64,000 nt of DNA, taken from contig OX597814.1 in NCBI GenBank assembly GCA_951406725.2, forward strand, positions 64,976,001 through 65,040,000. Reading direction: 5' to 3'. Position numbers and translations under genes: made by a program. The first letter of the stretch is position 1. Each line of letters begins with the position of its first letter. Of the stretch, positions 13,760 through 27,318 are shown in pieces. The DNA comes from Octopus vulgaris. Taxonomy: Eukaryota. The notes below the pieces were generated by a model. That model was not told the origin of the DNA and made no database searches. It saw nothing but the letters and a program-made list of their open reading frames with translations.

Positions 13760-14900
13760 AGATTTGTTTTGCCGAAACTATTCTGGTCGTGCATAGGGTA
13801 TGAATTCGGGGATTGCGTTATTTTTATTCAAAGAATCCAAATTCACTTGTATCCAGGTGGGTTAGCACATATTCACTACAATAATAATGGGTATGAAGTT
13901 GGAAGAGCGCTTTATTTATAGACTCTACATACCAATGATCCATAGTTGCCTGTTTGCTGTTCTATCTTTCCTACCATCTTAACGTCAAAAAGGCTTTCAC
14001 AACCGAAAAATGTTTCTATTTTGAGATCCCAAAGAACATTATTAGATTAGCTGCAAGTAAGTGACAGTGTTTATTTTTAAGTTCACCCAATATTCATTTG
14101 ATCAATCGGTCTTAGTGTATTCATCTTCGTTTGTTTTGTTTTGTCTTGCTCTATTCGATGTTCAGGTCATGTTCAGTGAGAACTAGTATCTGGAGAACAT
14201 CCACTTAGAGTTAGCAACAAGACTCAAAAACTTAGTATCTGAAACTTTGAGTATTGCTTATATTATATATCAGCACGTTTTCTACTTTCTCAATAAATGG
14301 TACAAATGGAAGGGGTTGCTCCCTGATTGCATGTAGATAACTTCAAAGCGAGATGTTATATAATTGCTGATATTCCAAGCTTAGCATTTTATATGGTTCC
14401 TCTTCATTTTGTGCTTTTCGTTTCAAGCAACCTTATAAACCTTCGCAGACAACAGGTCAAATTTTATATTGCATTGTAAGAGCTAAAGTATTATTTTCCA
14501 ACGTTCTTGGGGATAGATAACTGACAGATTTTATTTCATGTCTCTCTCCAAGTTCATTATTTTCCATTAATAGCCCTGTACAGGAAATTTACTGAGTTTC
14601 TTTGCTCGAAGATTTCAATCCACATTTCATATAATGTAGTACAGATTTAACATAACGGCCACCCACATTGTGTGGAACATATAAATTGTATACAACCTCA
14701 GTTGTATTGATACTACCAGTATCTCTGAGAAGTTTCCATGTTCATACATCTACCTCACTTCTTCATTGGAGTAACCTATTCAGAAAAACAAAAGCAGGTA
14801 CTGGAAGAGACGGCTGTTGTAAGCAATAAAGTTGTTATAAACCGAGAATTTTGAAACTAGGCAAAACTTTCGTCCTTTGTGATGTCTTTCCTTATTGATA
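13760..14900 (-). mobile_element. Very degenerate R4/Dong-clade LINE
   Basis: Minus-strand NLYVPHNVGGR (cf. RLYIQRIEGGRG), YLHAIREQ (cf. FLIAAQDQ) and FIPIII (cf. TIPIIVG), colinear with the 53685-56135 copy. Confidence 0.5.
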
Positions 14901-15368
14901 TCATGTTAATAATTCTTTAATATTTAAATTCTGAATTTGTCCATCAAACTTGCAATCCTTATAAGTTTCCATACATACATATATACATACATACATACAT
15001 ACATACATACATACATACATACATACATACATACATGCATACATGCATACATACATACAAACATACATACATGCATGCATGCATATATAAATAGTACATG
15101 CATACATACATACAAACATGTCTATCTATCTGTCTATCGATCGATCGCTCGATCTCTATTTCTTTCTGTATCACACATTCACTCTCTTTCTCTCTCTTCC
15201 CCTCACTTCCTCCCTCTCTCTCTCTCTTTCTCTTACCCTCTCTAATATATGTATGTAGATGTATATATATATATATAGTGTAATAAATAAAATATATGCA
15301 TACATGCAAACATATATGTACGTACCTACATCTACATGTATATATACATGCATATATAAATATATATA

Positions 15369-15795
15369 CGTGAGTACAGGACACCACAACTAGACGTAGA
15401 ACTCAACGAGAAACGAAAACGGAAAAGCCATTTTTTTACAACAGAAAAACAAAGTACAGGACATACTACACAAGGAAAAATCCCCAATCATCAGCTGTCG
15501 CTAGTTTGACTCAAGCGTGTTTCGAAGACAAGACAGGACACGACTCGTCAAAACTAGGCCTTCTTGCGAGAGAATTAAAATAAAATTACCTCACAGAGGG
15601 GTAAAAACAAGCAAGAAAAAATGTAACACAAACAGGACGTAACAATAAAACTGCACAATAAAATACAAGATAAAAATACATGTACAGGAAAATACAAAAC
15701 GAGAAATAAAAAGAAAATACAATACGAGAAATCAAAATAAACAAGAAAACGAACGAGAAAAACAAACGAAAAGGCCTTTTTTCTGGCTTTTCTGG
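15369..15795 (-). mobile_element. Penelope-type pLTR-like non-coding fragment next to (TA)n
   Basis: Strongly A-skewed, abuts a TA-rich tract, and contains a hammerhead-like fold at 15501-15557. Confidence 0.5.
15501..15557 (-). ncRNA. Degenerate type I hammerhead ribozyme
   Basis: CTAGTTT-TGACGA-g..c-GAAA-C..G-TC-AAACTAG: perfect 7-bp stem I, core lacks C3, weak stem II. Confidence 0.45.
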
Positions 15796-15799
15796 CTTC

Positions 15800-17079
15800 G
15801 TTCGGTGCTCGTATGGCAGGTGCTGGCGTAACGAAAACAGTTGAAATGTTTGGTGCATCAAGAAGTACTGTTTCGAAAGCCTTTAGGAAAGAGGGAAAAA
15901 CCTCCTCGTTGAAACAAACAGCAACAACCATTATCCCCTGTCACCGTTCTCTACCACACACACACACAGCAGGTTGTACGGAAGATAGAAGTGATACCGA
16001 TATTCTGAGATTTTTTCTTCCTCCTCAACCTTCTCTATTTTTTTAATCGATGTAATCCCTTAAATTCATATTTACAAGATTAAAGCATAGGATTTAATGT
16101 TATCTTCTCAGCGTTGCTTTCTTGCAACCTCCACCAATGCCAAGAGTACTCATCGTCCGGAAGAAAACCAAAACTTCAGATAGTGACCATCGGACTCATA
16201 CGCTAATTGTTAGAAAGGATCACAAAAGTACAGATCCCAAAATTACTGCACAGTTTAATGAGCACCTCCTGAAGTCAGTTTCAACAAAAACCGTTCACCG
16301 GGAGCTGGTCAAAGCTAGATTTCACAGGAGGGCTGCAATCAGAAAACCACTACTTTCAAAAACAAACGTTGCAAAGCGTGTAGACTAAATTAAAACCTAC
16401 AGAATTGGTCTCTAGAGCAGTGGAATAATGTTATTATTACGGACGAGTCATCCTTCACCTTATTTCCAACCACCGACCGAGTATACGTCTGGAGACAGCC
16501 AAAAGAAGCATTTAACCAAGACTGCCTTCTTCCAACTGTTAACTGGAGGGGGATCTGTGATGATCTGGAGTGGGGTGGGATATATCGTGGAAATCTGCGG
16601 CACAATAGTTTCCCTTCATCTCAGAATTAATAGTCAAGACTATTTAAGCATTTTATCTGATCAAATTCATCCTATGGTTGTGGAAGTGTTTCCGGAGGGA
16701 AAGGGAATCTTTCAGGATGATAATGCATCAATTCACACAGCTAAATTTACTACTGAATGGCACGAGGAACATTCTAATGAAGTTGAACATCTTATCTGGC
16801 CACCATAGTCCCCAGATCTCAATATTATTGAAAATTTATGGTACATTTTAGAAAAACAAGTAAAGATTCGATATCCTCCACCATCATCACTACAAGAACT
16901 GGAGACTGTTTTAGCTGAAGAATGGACAAAAATTCCTTTGGAAACAATTCAAACTTTGAACGAGTCCATATCTCGAAGAATTCAGGCTGGAATTAGTGGC
17001 AAAGGCGGTCCTACCCCGTATTAAAATTAATATTGTTTGAAATTTTAAGGTGTTTCCATTATTTTGTCCAAACCCTATA
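15800..17079 (+). mobile_element. Tc1-like transposon (DD34E), 5'-truncated pseudogene with an insertion at 15917-16157
   Basis: GARMAGAGVTKTVEMFGASRSTVSK, VSTKTVHREL, KPLLSK, VIITDES, GGSVMIW, FQDDNASIH, SPDLNIIENLW; 3' TIR-like TTTTGTCCAAACCC then TA. Confidence 0.9.
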
Positions 17080-17099
17080 CACCCCCCGCACACATATAT

Positions 17100-17149
<50 letters not shown>

Positions 17150-17152
<3 letters not shown>

Positions 17153-18056
17153 CTGTATTGCCCGGCTTTGTGTGACTATTAATCGCACTGAGGAAAATCG
17201 ATTAATCTGCGAGTGCAAAATCCATACATTCTTACACAATGTACGTACATGCGCTCGTGCGTTCTAGGCACGCGCGAATTAAGCTAAACTTGGATGAAGT
17301 TCAATCAAAATTTAATTATTTGGGTTTTAAAATCAAGCATTTAATACCCTCTATTTTTGTGCTTATGTGTTCCATTTCCTCAAAAGGATGTACGTAGAAG
17401 CGTTTCATAAATTTTTGTTGATCAAATAATTGCATTTTTGAATTATTCTTTTAGATCAGTATTTCTCAACGGGGATTTCAGGGGAGAGTTCAGGGAGTCG
17501 CTGGCGATGTATCGTGATGATCAAAAATCCGGCCTGCTAAAATTTGGTTAAAGTGATTCAAACTGCAGACTCAACGCAAAATGGTCACATTTAATTCAAA
17601 GCGTTAAAAATGTTATGAAAACAATTGGTATGTGTTCACAAAGTCCAAACGATTAATACGAAAAAAACCCTCCAGGCTACATCCCAAAAATTCATTTCTT
17701 TGCCGAATTTCTACAATGTTTACGGCGATTCGTTTTTATAACTTGATCTTTTATTTTTCATGCAATTTACGCATGCTTGCACGCGTGGTGAACGCAGTTC
17801 ACGTCAAACAGCTGACTGAGTAAATAAAGTTCACTATTCAATGCATGGGATAAAGCCTAAACAAAAACATTATCGATTTTTGCACTTGCGAGATGAATTT
17901 CGGAACAGAAATAGCGCAGTTCAATTTTCATTTGCCTAAACTTTAAGTGACCCATTTTTGGTGGTTCTACGATTTGTTGGGTAGGAGGAGATGTGCCGGG
18001 AAGTTAAACACACAGACACACATACAGATACACACACAGACACACAAGTTGAGTTA
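17150..18056 (+). mobile_element. Possible non-autonomous Helitron/Helentron-like element in (TA)n
   Basis: Begins TAGCTGTATTGCCCGGC and ends with a (CAGA/CACA) tract plus CAAGTTGAGTT between TA runs. A hAT-like end CAGTATTTCTCAAC lies at 17457. Confidence 0.4.
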
Positions 18057-18076
18057 TATATATATATATATATATA

Positions 18077-18372
18077 AGCCTCGGACCGACTAAAGCCTTG
18101 TGAGTGGATTTGGTTGACGGAAACTGAAAAAAGCCCGATGTATATGCATGTGTGCGTGGTGTGTCTGCGCCTGTTTGTTCTCCATCACTGCTTCAGAATC
18201 GACATGATTGTGTTTACGTCCCTGTTAATTTAGCGCTTCGGCAAATGACTCCTATAGAATAAGTACTAGGCTTAAAATATTCAATTCTGAAGTCGATTTG
18301 TTCAATTAAAACCATTCAAGGCCGTACCCCACGATGGGCGCAATGAATGAAATGACCGAAAGAAGTAAAAGA
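18077..18372 (+). mobile_element. SINE family B, 5'-truncated
   Basis: CCGACTAAAGCCTTGTGAGTGGATTTGGT..GGAAACTG..AGAATAAGTACTAGGCTT..; homologous to 42200-42572. Confidence 0.75.
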
Positions 18373-20104
18373 TATATATATGCATGCATAATACATATTT
18401 ACAAACTTACGTACGTATATATTAAAGAGAAAGAGGGATAGATAGATAATTATATATATATATATACGTATGTATATATGTATGTATATATGTATGGGTG
18501 CTCCAGCATGGCCACAGTTCGTGAGCTGAAACTAGATAAAATGAAAAAAGGAAAAATGAAAAAATGTATGTATTTGTGTGTGTGAATGTGTGTAGCAAGT
18601 TCTATCTATTTTTCCTCTTTGTTTTCCCTTTCACATTATATTTTCTCACATTATGCTCCTATGTATATAATTCCCCATAACTCACCACCCCTCTTCCTTT
18701 TATCATTCGTTAGCTAATTCACTCAAGCTCTTTTCCCCCTCTCTCTTTCTCCCGCCTCCTCCTAAACCTCCTCCTTCTGCTCCTCGTTCTCCTCCACTCT
18801 ATTTATTACTTTGCCTCTCGTCTTCCCGCCTCTCTTCACTTCCTCATAGACTGTAACCCTCATTAAGCATATTGACGCGCTCCACCCTTTTCATTCAAAC
18901 CGACGCTCATGACCTGTGTCACGACCCTGTTACTCCTTGACCCTATTTAAAAACATGACAATCGAGTGGCGACCAGGTATCCTCACTCTACATGACATGT
19001 TTCACTGTCTCTTCGTTTGTATGCATGTATGTTTGTGACAGCGTGAGTACGTGGCGGCGCATGCCACTCTCCCTCCCTTTCTCTCTCTCTCCTTCTCTCT
19101 CTCTCTATCTCTTTCTTTCCCTTTATTGATAATACTCTACAGATAATTGTGTGTACATGTATTTCTTAGAACCATAAGTTTGAGTGTTTGCTTCAAAAAG
19201 TGTATAAGTTTATGCGCGCGCGTGTGTGTGTGATTGTGTGTAAATGTACGTGGGCGCGTGCACATATGTAGCTCTCTGTGTGCGTAATTGCGCGCGTGTG
19301 TGTAATTGCGTGTGTGTGCGTAATTACGTGTGTGTGTGTAATTGCATGTCTGAGTGTGTGTGTCTGTGTGTGCGTATATGTGTAAACAATGAGTGTGTGT
19401 ACGCGTATGAGAGTAGTTCTGCATGTGTGCGTGTGTACATCGTCGTGTATATGTGAACGTGAGCAGATTTGTGATAACGTGCATGTATACGTACTTGTGA
19501 ATGGGGGTGTACACTTTTTTTGTGTGAGTGTAGTTGTATATATAGTAAAGCGTGTATCTTCGAGTATTCATACCTTCCTATGTATATGGGATTTTGTGTG
19601 CAATATGTCATATATAATGATATGTTCCTTCTCATACGAACTTACAGCCTCCTTCACATCACCTTGCTCTTACCAATAATAATGATTTGAGTCATTGTAG
19701 AAAATAACGATAATAACAATACTACGACGACGATAATGTAGACAGTAAAGATGACACTGGTGTTGTTGTTGTTGTCGTTAGTGGTGGTGGAGGCGTTGTT
19801 GTTCATGATTATTCTAAAGAGCATTAAGATGGTAGTGATGACGATGGCGATGTTGATGATAGTGATGATGATGGTGGTGGTGATGAGGATGATGATAATG
19901 ATGACGACGACGACGTCGTCGGCGGTGGCGGCGATGATGGTTGTGGCGCAGTTCGTTGAAGTGCTGATGATGATGATGGTAAACTGGAGATGTCAATATG
20001 TCGGAGAAACGTTCTCTCTAAAGCTGTACTGCACAAAAATGGCGAATATTTTGTTGATTCTCAATGATTTGTGGAAACGATTATTATAATCAGGTTTGAA
20101 CCCA

Positions 20105-20345
20105 GGTCAATGCTCTTAAGTCAGGGATTTTTGCATTCATGATCGTAAGATTGTGATTTCGATTTTTATACCAGACAAGACGTCGTGTTCCTGGCAAAAC
20201 ACTTCATTTCACGTTGTCCCAGCCCATTCAGCTGGCAAAAACGAGAAATTCTGCTACAGAATAGCTTCCCATCCGGTGTAGGAATATATACGTCACAGAA
20301 TCCGAGAAAGCAGACTTATGAGTTTACGGCTCAGAATGGTCTTTT
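20105..20345 (+). mobile_element. SINE family C (tRNA head plus CORE-like region), decayed
   Basis: CATGATCGTAAGATTGTG..AAAACACTTCATTTCACGTTG..CAGCTGGCAAAAA, same as the minus copy at 36134-36367. Confidence 0.7.
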
Positions 20346-21132
20346 GATTTTCTTTCTTTTCTTTTTTTTTTTTTTTTTTTGAAGTGCAATATATTTTACT
20401 GAAAGCTGTACCTGAATGTCTAACAGTAGTTACCACTTAGCTAGTTGAGGTGTTTGTATTGATACTTGTCGTAGGACTGGTGGTGGTGCTAAGGAAATAG
20501 AATGATGGTATTAACAACGATTGCGATAGGAATGGTTTTAAAGGATAATCGTTGTTATTATTCCTGGTAGTGTTGAGGCTTGTGATGGCAACTGAAATAT
20601 TGCTGCAGAAGGTTGTAATTTGGTGGAGGTGGTGGCAGTGCTTATAATATCGGTATCGTTTTGAGCGGAGGCGTTGGATGTTGTTATGTTTTGTTGGTGT
20701 TGTTATTGTTGTTGATGTTGGTGATGTTAGTATTGGTAGGGATACTGTTGATAATGCTCATGTTAATGTTGTTGCTCTAATGGTGCTGATGGTGACGCTA
20801 GTTGTAGTGAGATGTTTTAATCTCTTTTGCTGTTGATAGAGGTGGATTTGGCAGTGTAAGATTAGTGGTGTTGTTATTGATGCCATTGTCCTTTAGCCAT
20901 TAGTCAGCTTTGACTAAACATACATAGAATCGAAAGCTTTCAGCCGTGACTGTCTTTTTCTTTTGTATGTTGAGTCTTACATTTGTCTCTGCTTAATGTG
21001 TCTAGTGCTGCTTCGTACTACATTAATGATCACGATATCGGAAAGTATACCGATATGTAAAACTTTTTTAAATTAAAAAGAGAAAGAAAAGAACATACAT
21101 ACATATATATACATACACTAATGTGTGCATGT

Positions 21133-21201
<69 letters not shown>

Positions 21202-21239
21202 TGTATATATGTATGTATGTATGTATGTTTAAAAGCCCC

Positions 21240-21790
21240 AAAAAAAGAGTGAAAAAACTACAGACGACTTGTGTTATATGGTTCAAGAATATATTTAAAT
21301 CGTTATGTTAGAAAAATGTTATAAAATTTTGCGTATAGTAACATAGTTTTTGGAGAATAACCGGTTTCATATTTTCTTTTCAAATTTCTCAAATTTCTTT
21401 ACCTATATTGTGTCATGTCTTCGCTATGCTGTGAAATATGGAGTTCCAGGCAGGGGAAGGTAATCAGGGATTTTTTCCGGTATAAGGGAGATAATCAAAC
21501 ATGTTGGGAATGACTAATTTAACATGATTTGGTTTAGAAGGAATAGAATGTTACAAGTGGTTAGGTTTTGCTTTATATTATTTTCAATGAGGTGAGTTTC
21601 CTAACATTTTTAGATAAGGAAACTCACCTCATTGAAAATAATATAAATTGAGAAATTTGAAAAGAAAATACCAAACCAGTTATTTCTCCAAAAACTATGT
21701 TACTATACGCAAATTTTTCTAACATAACGATTTAAATATATTCTTTAACCATATAACACAAGCCTTATGTAGTTTTTTCACTCTTTTTTT
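21240..21790. repeat. Nested inverted-repeat element (Penelope pLTR-like fold-back)
   Basis: Outer arms 21240-21392 and 21648-21790 (imperfect); inner perfect 31-bp hairpin 21572-21602 / 21617-21647. Confidence 0.9.
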
Positions 21791-21989
21791 GTCTTTTATA
21801 CATCCAACCACGTGCTTTCACATACCAACTCTCTCGCCTATATATATAATATATATATATATATATTCTTTTCTCTCTACTCATCCTCTTTTTCTCTTCT
21901 CTTTCCTCTGATTCTCTCTCTTTGTTGCGTTTGTCCCTCCTCTCTCTCTCTCTCTTCCTTTGCTTCTCTTTCTTTTCTTTTCCCTCTTC

Positions 21990-22474
21990 TCTGTCACGTG
22001 ACTGTTGGCCGAAATCTGCCTTTCAGCTTCTGACCCTCGTCGTGTTAACATCGCTGTTTTCGTCCGCCACTATAAAGGCTTTTTCCATTGCGCCAGAGAA
22101 AAAATTTGTTTGCTTGTTATCAGTCGTAAGACACTGTTGTTTTCACCGTTAATGCTTCTGTATTTCATGTTTCTGTATTCCATTATTGTTTTTTGTTTTT
22201 TTATATCTGTCCCTTTTGCTGTCCTGGTGTTCGTATGCATTCGATCCTTCTTCCAGGAAATCTACGCTTCCAGCTTAGTTTTTCTAATGCTCGTTGCTTG
22301 GTTTTTCTTGGAGGGCTGGCCGTGATCTAGTAATCTCAAGATTAATCAGCCGAAATTACTACGATGATCCGGTTCTTGACTGAAGACTGAGGGTTTCGAA
22401 TGTCCTGTCCGTGTTTATTGTGTCGTCTTCTAAGAGTTATACGTTCTTGTCCATGTTGTATTTTTCTACATACC

Positions 22475-22480
<6 letters not shown>
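21990..22480 (+). mobile_element. T-rich pLTR-like repeat ending at (TA)n
   Basis: Composition and (TA)n junction resemble the other Penelope-type fragments; no coding motif. Confidence 0.35.
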
Positions 22481-22534
<54 letters not shown>

Positions 22535-22539
22535 CACGT

Positions 22540-24770
22540 AAATGTCGAACGAGGAAATGAGTGCTCAACATCGCATTGGTGGATATATAGTTTCTTAATT
22601 TGTGAATTAAGGTTACCATTGGTTTCATGTTAAGAAAAGTAGGAAAACATCCTAGTATCTTAGCACATGGAGAAAGGTGTTCGCTTCCATTTTGAAAAAC
22701 AGTCTCACTTCGTTTACAGCATTTCTCGTAAATTCTCGTAAATAAAAAAAATGAATCAATTAAAATTTTAGATGTTTGTCTCCCTTGGATTTGTGTTTTG
22801 GGTAGATTTTTTTGTGATTAATTTGTTTGCGTCATTTGCTTTTGTTCTGCATATGGTCTTTTGGCACTTGTAGTTTGAAGTAATTTATCATTGGGGCATA
22901 TTTCTTCTTTGTGTGAAGTTTGTACGCTATGTGTATTTTCGTTTAGGAAAGGGGCTATCCCGGTAGGTTTAACCTCGTTTATAGGAGCTCTTCTTTTAAA
23001 TATTCGAGTGTAAAATATTGCTTGTGTATGCATTCCTAATGTTGATTATATATTGATTGTATGTTATCTGTTGATGTTATGATGAAAGATGTTATCTGCT
23101 GATTATATAATGTTTAAGTTTTCAGTAATACAGTGTTCACATTTGGTACACCATCCTCTGTATGTTTTAGCTTTAGCAACATTTTTCCATTCTATCTGGG
23201 TGTTGCTTATTCCACCTTCTTTTTATTTGATAGAGAAGTCGAATCGTTTTTTTGTTTTTGTCTCTGAATGATGCAAGAAGTTGTGTATACTTTCCCTTGA
23301 ACGAGTTGCACGTCATTCCGTTATACGTCTTTGCTCTTCAGTTGGGGTCCGTGATCTTAGCCTTGTATACAAGTTCTTTCTCGAAACAGTTGGGTATTTA
23401 GAGGGCAGCGGTTTGGGGATCTGAAGTTGCATTGTCTTTCTGGGGTGTTTCTTGTGTGTTTATATTTACTTTGATTGAATATTATTGACCCTATATTGGG
23501 GAGCCAGCTATAGCTAACTTTAAGAGTATTTCTGTTGTGATATTTTTGTGAAAGTGGAAAGTGGTTGTCCATTATTTCCTAGCTACATTCATGTTATAAA
23601 GTGGGTTGAACCATACGATTATGCTATGTCTGCGTCTTCTTGGTCTATTTATATTTGGTTCAATATAGTGTATGCTATTCCTGAAGTTGGATCTTTCTAA
23701 TGGAGCATTATAATATGAGGCGGCTTTTTCGAAAGTGCCTTTGCCGACGGATAAATTGGAGACACACCTGCTAATGTTGTTAATTATATGTTTAATTACA
23801 GCTGCTGGGTGGTTGGAACCTATGTATATATACGAGGTTTCCTAGTTTTGTTTGTGGTAAGGTTTAAATTTTCCTGTGTGAAGATTCATGTTAATGTCTA
23901 CGAAGTTAACTTCTTTAAGGTTTGTATTAACTGTGGTTCTTAGGCCAAATTGGCTAAATATTTTGCATATTTTTTTCCTTATTCTATCCATATCATGTCG
24001 GTTTTTATTGTGTACTACCCCCAGGTCATCGTTCCTATGTAAACTTTCTTTTAATTCTTTTTTAAGGGCATCTAGGATTTAAAGGCCTACAATGTCAGCT
24101 ATCTCTGCTCCCCATAGCTCCTCATTGCCATGTCAAATAACTCGTCTCCATTCTTTATTACCCATTAGAAATCATCATGAAACAGTAATGACTTCCTTGC
24201 GCTCATAATTATGTTTAAATCGGTATTTGTCATAGTGACATATGTTTTACTAAATTCAAGTGCCCTCTGAAGCAAGCTTTTGGAGATCGACGGGTAGAAC
24301 TTTACGATATCGAATTGTATAAATTTGCATTTGGGTTTATCTTGTATTTTCCTAAACCATTCTATAGTTGCACTACTGCATAGCCATTGGGTAAGGTTTG
24401 AGTGCGCACTGATATGTCGTATAACATTATCTAATGTAGATTTACTAATAATTCCTATTTCACGTTTTGTGGGATTTATTAATCTACAGCACGGAATTTG
24501 CGTGAAATTGATATTATGGTATTTCAGTGTTATAAAAGGATTTCGTGGGATAAGATTTTCTACTTTGTCTTCTATTTTAAATGTTGTGGCTAGATTTTTT
24601 CATCTACATTAATTGAATTATAAGCGGTGCGATTTGTTTTCTTGTATGTTTTAGTTATGTTGTCGGTTAGTAGCTTGTTGTGTATTTGGTTGTTTACTTC
24701 GTAAATGTTTTTTGTTGAAGTTCGTAGTGTGTTTGTGTACTTCGTAAATGTTTTTTGTTTCATAACCAAC
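22540..24770 (-). mobile_element. Penelope-like element (RT plus GIY-YIG region), pseudogenised
   Basis: Minus-strand CRLINPTKREIGIISK, FIQFDIVKFYPSIS, EIADIVGL, VNFVDINMNL, SNHPAAVIK, IVWFNPLY, NRNTLKVSYS, NRCPLN. Bounded by (TA)n and (TACA)n. Confidence 0.9.
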
Positions 24771-24778
24771 CATAATAA

Positions 24779-24812
<34 letters not shown>

Positions 24813-25075
24813 CATACATACATACATACATACATACATACATACATACATACATACATACATACATACATACATACACAAATCCCCATAACTTAGCAGT
24901 GCGGCACAAAAGACATGTGGAATAATTTCCAAGCGTATAAGATATGTACCAGGGTCAATTCAGTCTACTAAAATATTTCAGTACAGTGCCCCAGTATGAC
25001 CTCTGTCCAATGACTGAAACAAATAAAAGATATAAGATTTATGTATGTATGTATGTATGTATGTATGTATGTATG

Positions 25076-25107
<32 letters not shown>

Positions 25108-26176
25108 ATTGTTGGTTATGAATTGGTGACATTCATTACGACGACAGCAGTGAGAATAAAAACACCAAAAACAATTCTGGTCTTGGACTTTCAACGTGGC
25201 GTTACTTTTTCTATATCCGTCAAATTGGGAAAATAATAGTATATATTTTTTCTCAACAATATTGCTGACATTGATACTAATAGCATAAACAAAATCAAAT
25301 TATTCCGAAATCATAATCACCATCATCGTCGTCGTCGATGTATTCATCATCATCACCACCACCACTACCACCACCACCAACATCATCATCATCATCATCA
25401 TCATCGACACTACTACCACCATCATCATCTTCATTAGGATGTTATCACTCGCATTATAATTGCGAATATCAGAATCCTTCTCCTTTCAGTAGCCGCCACA
25501 CTGACTTCAGGAAGAACAACCCAAGACAACACAAATATGGTCATAGATATGTTGCGTGGAGGAAATCATAATAGTAAGTCTTAGAATCATTATTGTTGAT
25601 AATAGTGAAGTGGGGTGTGCAGTTGCCCCAATATTGGAACTTAATTGGTATCTCTTAACAAGCTGTTCTTACTGCCGTCAATGGTCTTGTTATTTCAATG
25701 AATGCTTATATTCCATCGTTTTGATGACGATTAACCAAGTGGCGGAGACGTCTGTAATAGACATAGTTGATGCTGGCGATGACGATGAAGATGAGGATGA
25801 TGATGTATTGATGGTAGGCATGACCATTATCATCATTATCACCATCGTTGTTATAATGGTTCTTGCGACACCGCCTTCATTTCTTCAAAATCATCGTCAT
25901 CATAGTTAAAATCACCATCATCATCACACTCATCATCGTCGTCATCGTCATCATCGTCATCGCCATCATCATAGATGTGAATAGAATTGTAACATATCAC
26001 TATAATCAGAGACATCATCATTATCAGTACGAAAATCTTGAAAATGTTCACCAATTATTATAACAACAGATGAATATGATGATGACAACGATACCTTGCT
26101 GCTAATCCTGCTGTTGCTGTTGTTACTGGTGGTGGCGGTATGGTGGTGATGCTGGTGGTAGTGCTTGTGGTGATGA

Positions 26177-26208
<32 letters not shown>

Positions 26209-26580
26209 TTAATGACGACGAAGGCAACGACGACGATGATGATAGGCAAGAGGAGGAAGACAGTGATGACGGTAAGACGACGAAGATAGAATACAACGAC
26301 GACGACGAAGACCTTGGGACGGAAATAATGGTATTATTCATTTGACGACGAGATAATGTCAGGATATTATTTAAGCAAGCCAATCAACCAATCTGAACCC
26401 CATTAGCCGACTGTGTGTTAGACAATAATAGACGGGTTTCTGTTCTACATATAGCTTCTCTGTTGCAAGATGAGGAGGTGAGGGGAAAACATGCGTATAT
26501 ATATTAGGTAAAGTTAATTGGAATAATGCAGATATGTGTAGCAGGGGATAACTATGCAGTAGTTTTAACATAATCAACTC

Positions 26581-26716
26581 AAGAAGAAGAAGAAGAAGAA
26601 GAAGAAGAAGAAGAAGAAGAAGAAGAAGAAGAAGAAGAAGAAGAAGAAGAAGAAGAAGAAGAAGAAGAAGAAGAAGAAGAAGAAGAAGAACAACAACAAC
26701 AACAACAACAACAACG
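26581..26716. repeat. (AAG)n followed by (AAC)n microsatellite
   Basis: Directly visible. Confidence 0.97.
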
Positions 26717-26882
26717 ATAATAATGATAATAATACACATAATTTTAATAATAATAACAAACACCATTGTCATCATCATAATCATCGACATTATCGTATTC
26801 GCCATTTGTCTGGCTCCGAATTTCTTATAACTTTTCAAATGAGAATTTTCTTCCCTTCGACGCATGCTTCCATAAATGTTTC

Positions 26883-26988
26883 CATACATACATGCAAGCA
26901 TACATACATACATACATACATACATACATACATACATACATACATACATACATACATACATACATACATGCATGCATACATACATACA

Positions 26989-27022
<34 letters not shown>

Positions 27023-27095
27023 CATACATACATACATACATGCATACATACATACATACATACATACATACATACATACATGCATACATACATAC
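26883..27095. repeat. (CATA)n microsatellite
   Basis: Directly visible. Confidence 0.97.
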
Positions 27096-27318
27096 AAGCT
27101 TGTATGTTTGTGTGTGTGCGTGTGTGTGGAGATAGATACATAGATACAATGATAGACGATTGAATGAAGAGTGCTAGTGAGCGAGAGAGAGAAAGAGAGT
27201 GAGAGAGAGTGAGAGAGAATGAGAATGAGAAAGAAAGATACACATACGTACATATGCAGATGGATGTATATGTAAGTATGTATGTATGTATGTATGTATG
27301 TATGTATGTATGTATTTG

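Noticed and set aside
22327-22395. CTCAAGA, GAAA and CTGAAGA motifs in a pLTR-like fragment
   Set aside because: The order and pairing do not give a valid hammerhead topology.
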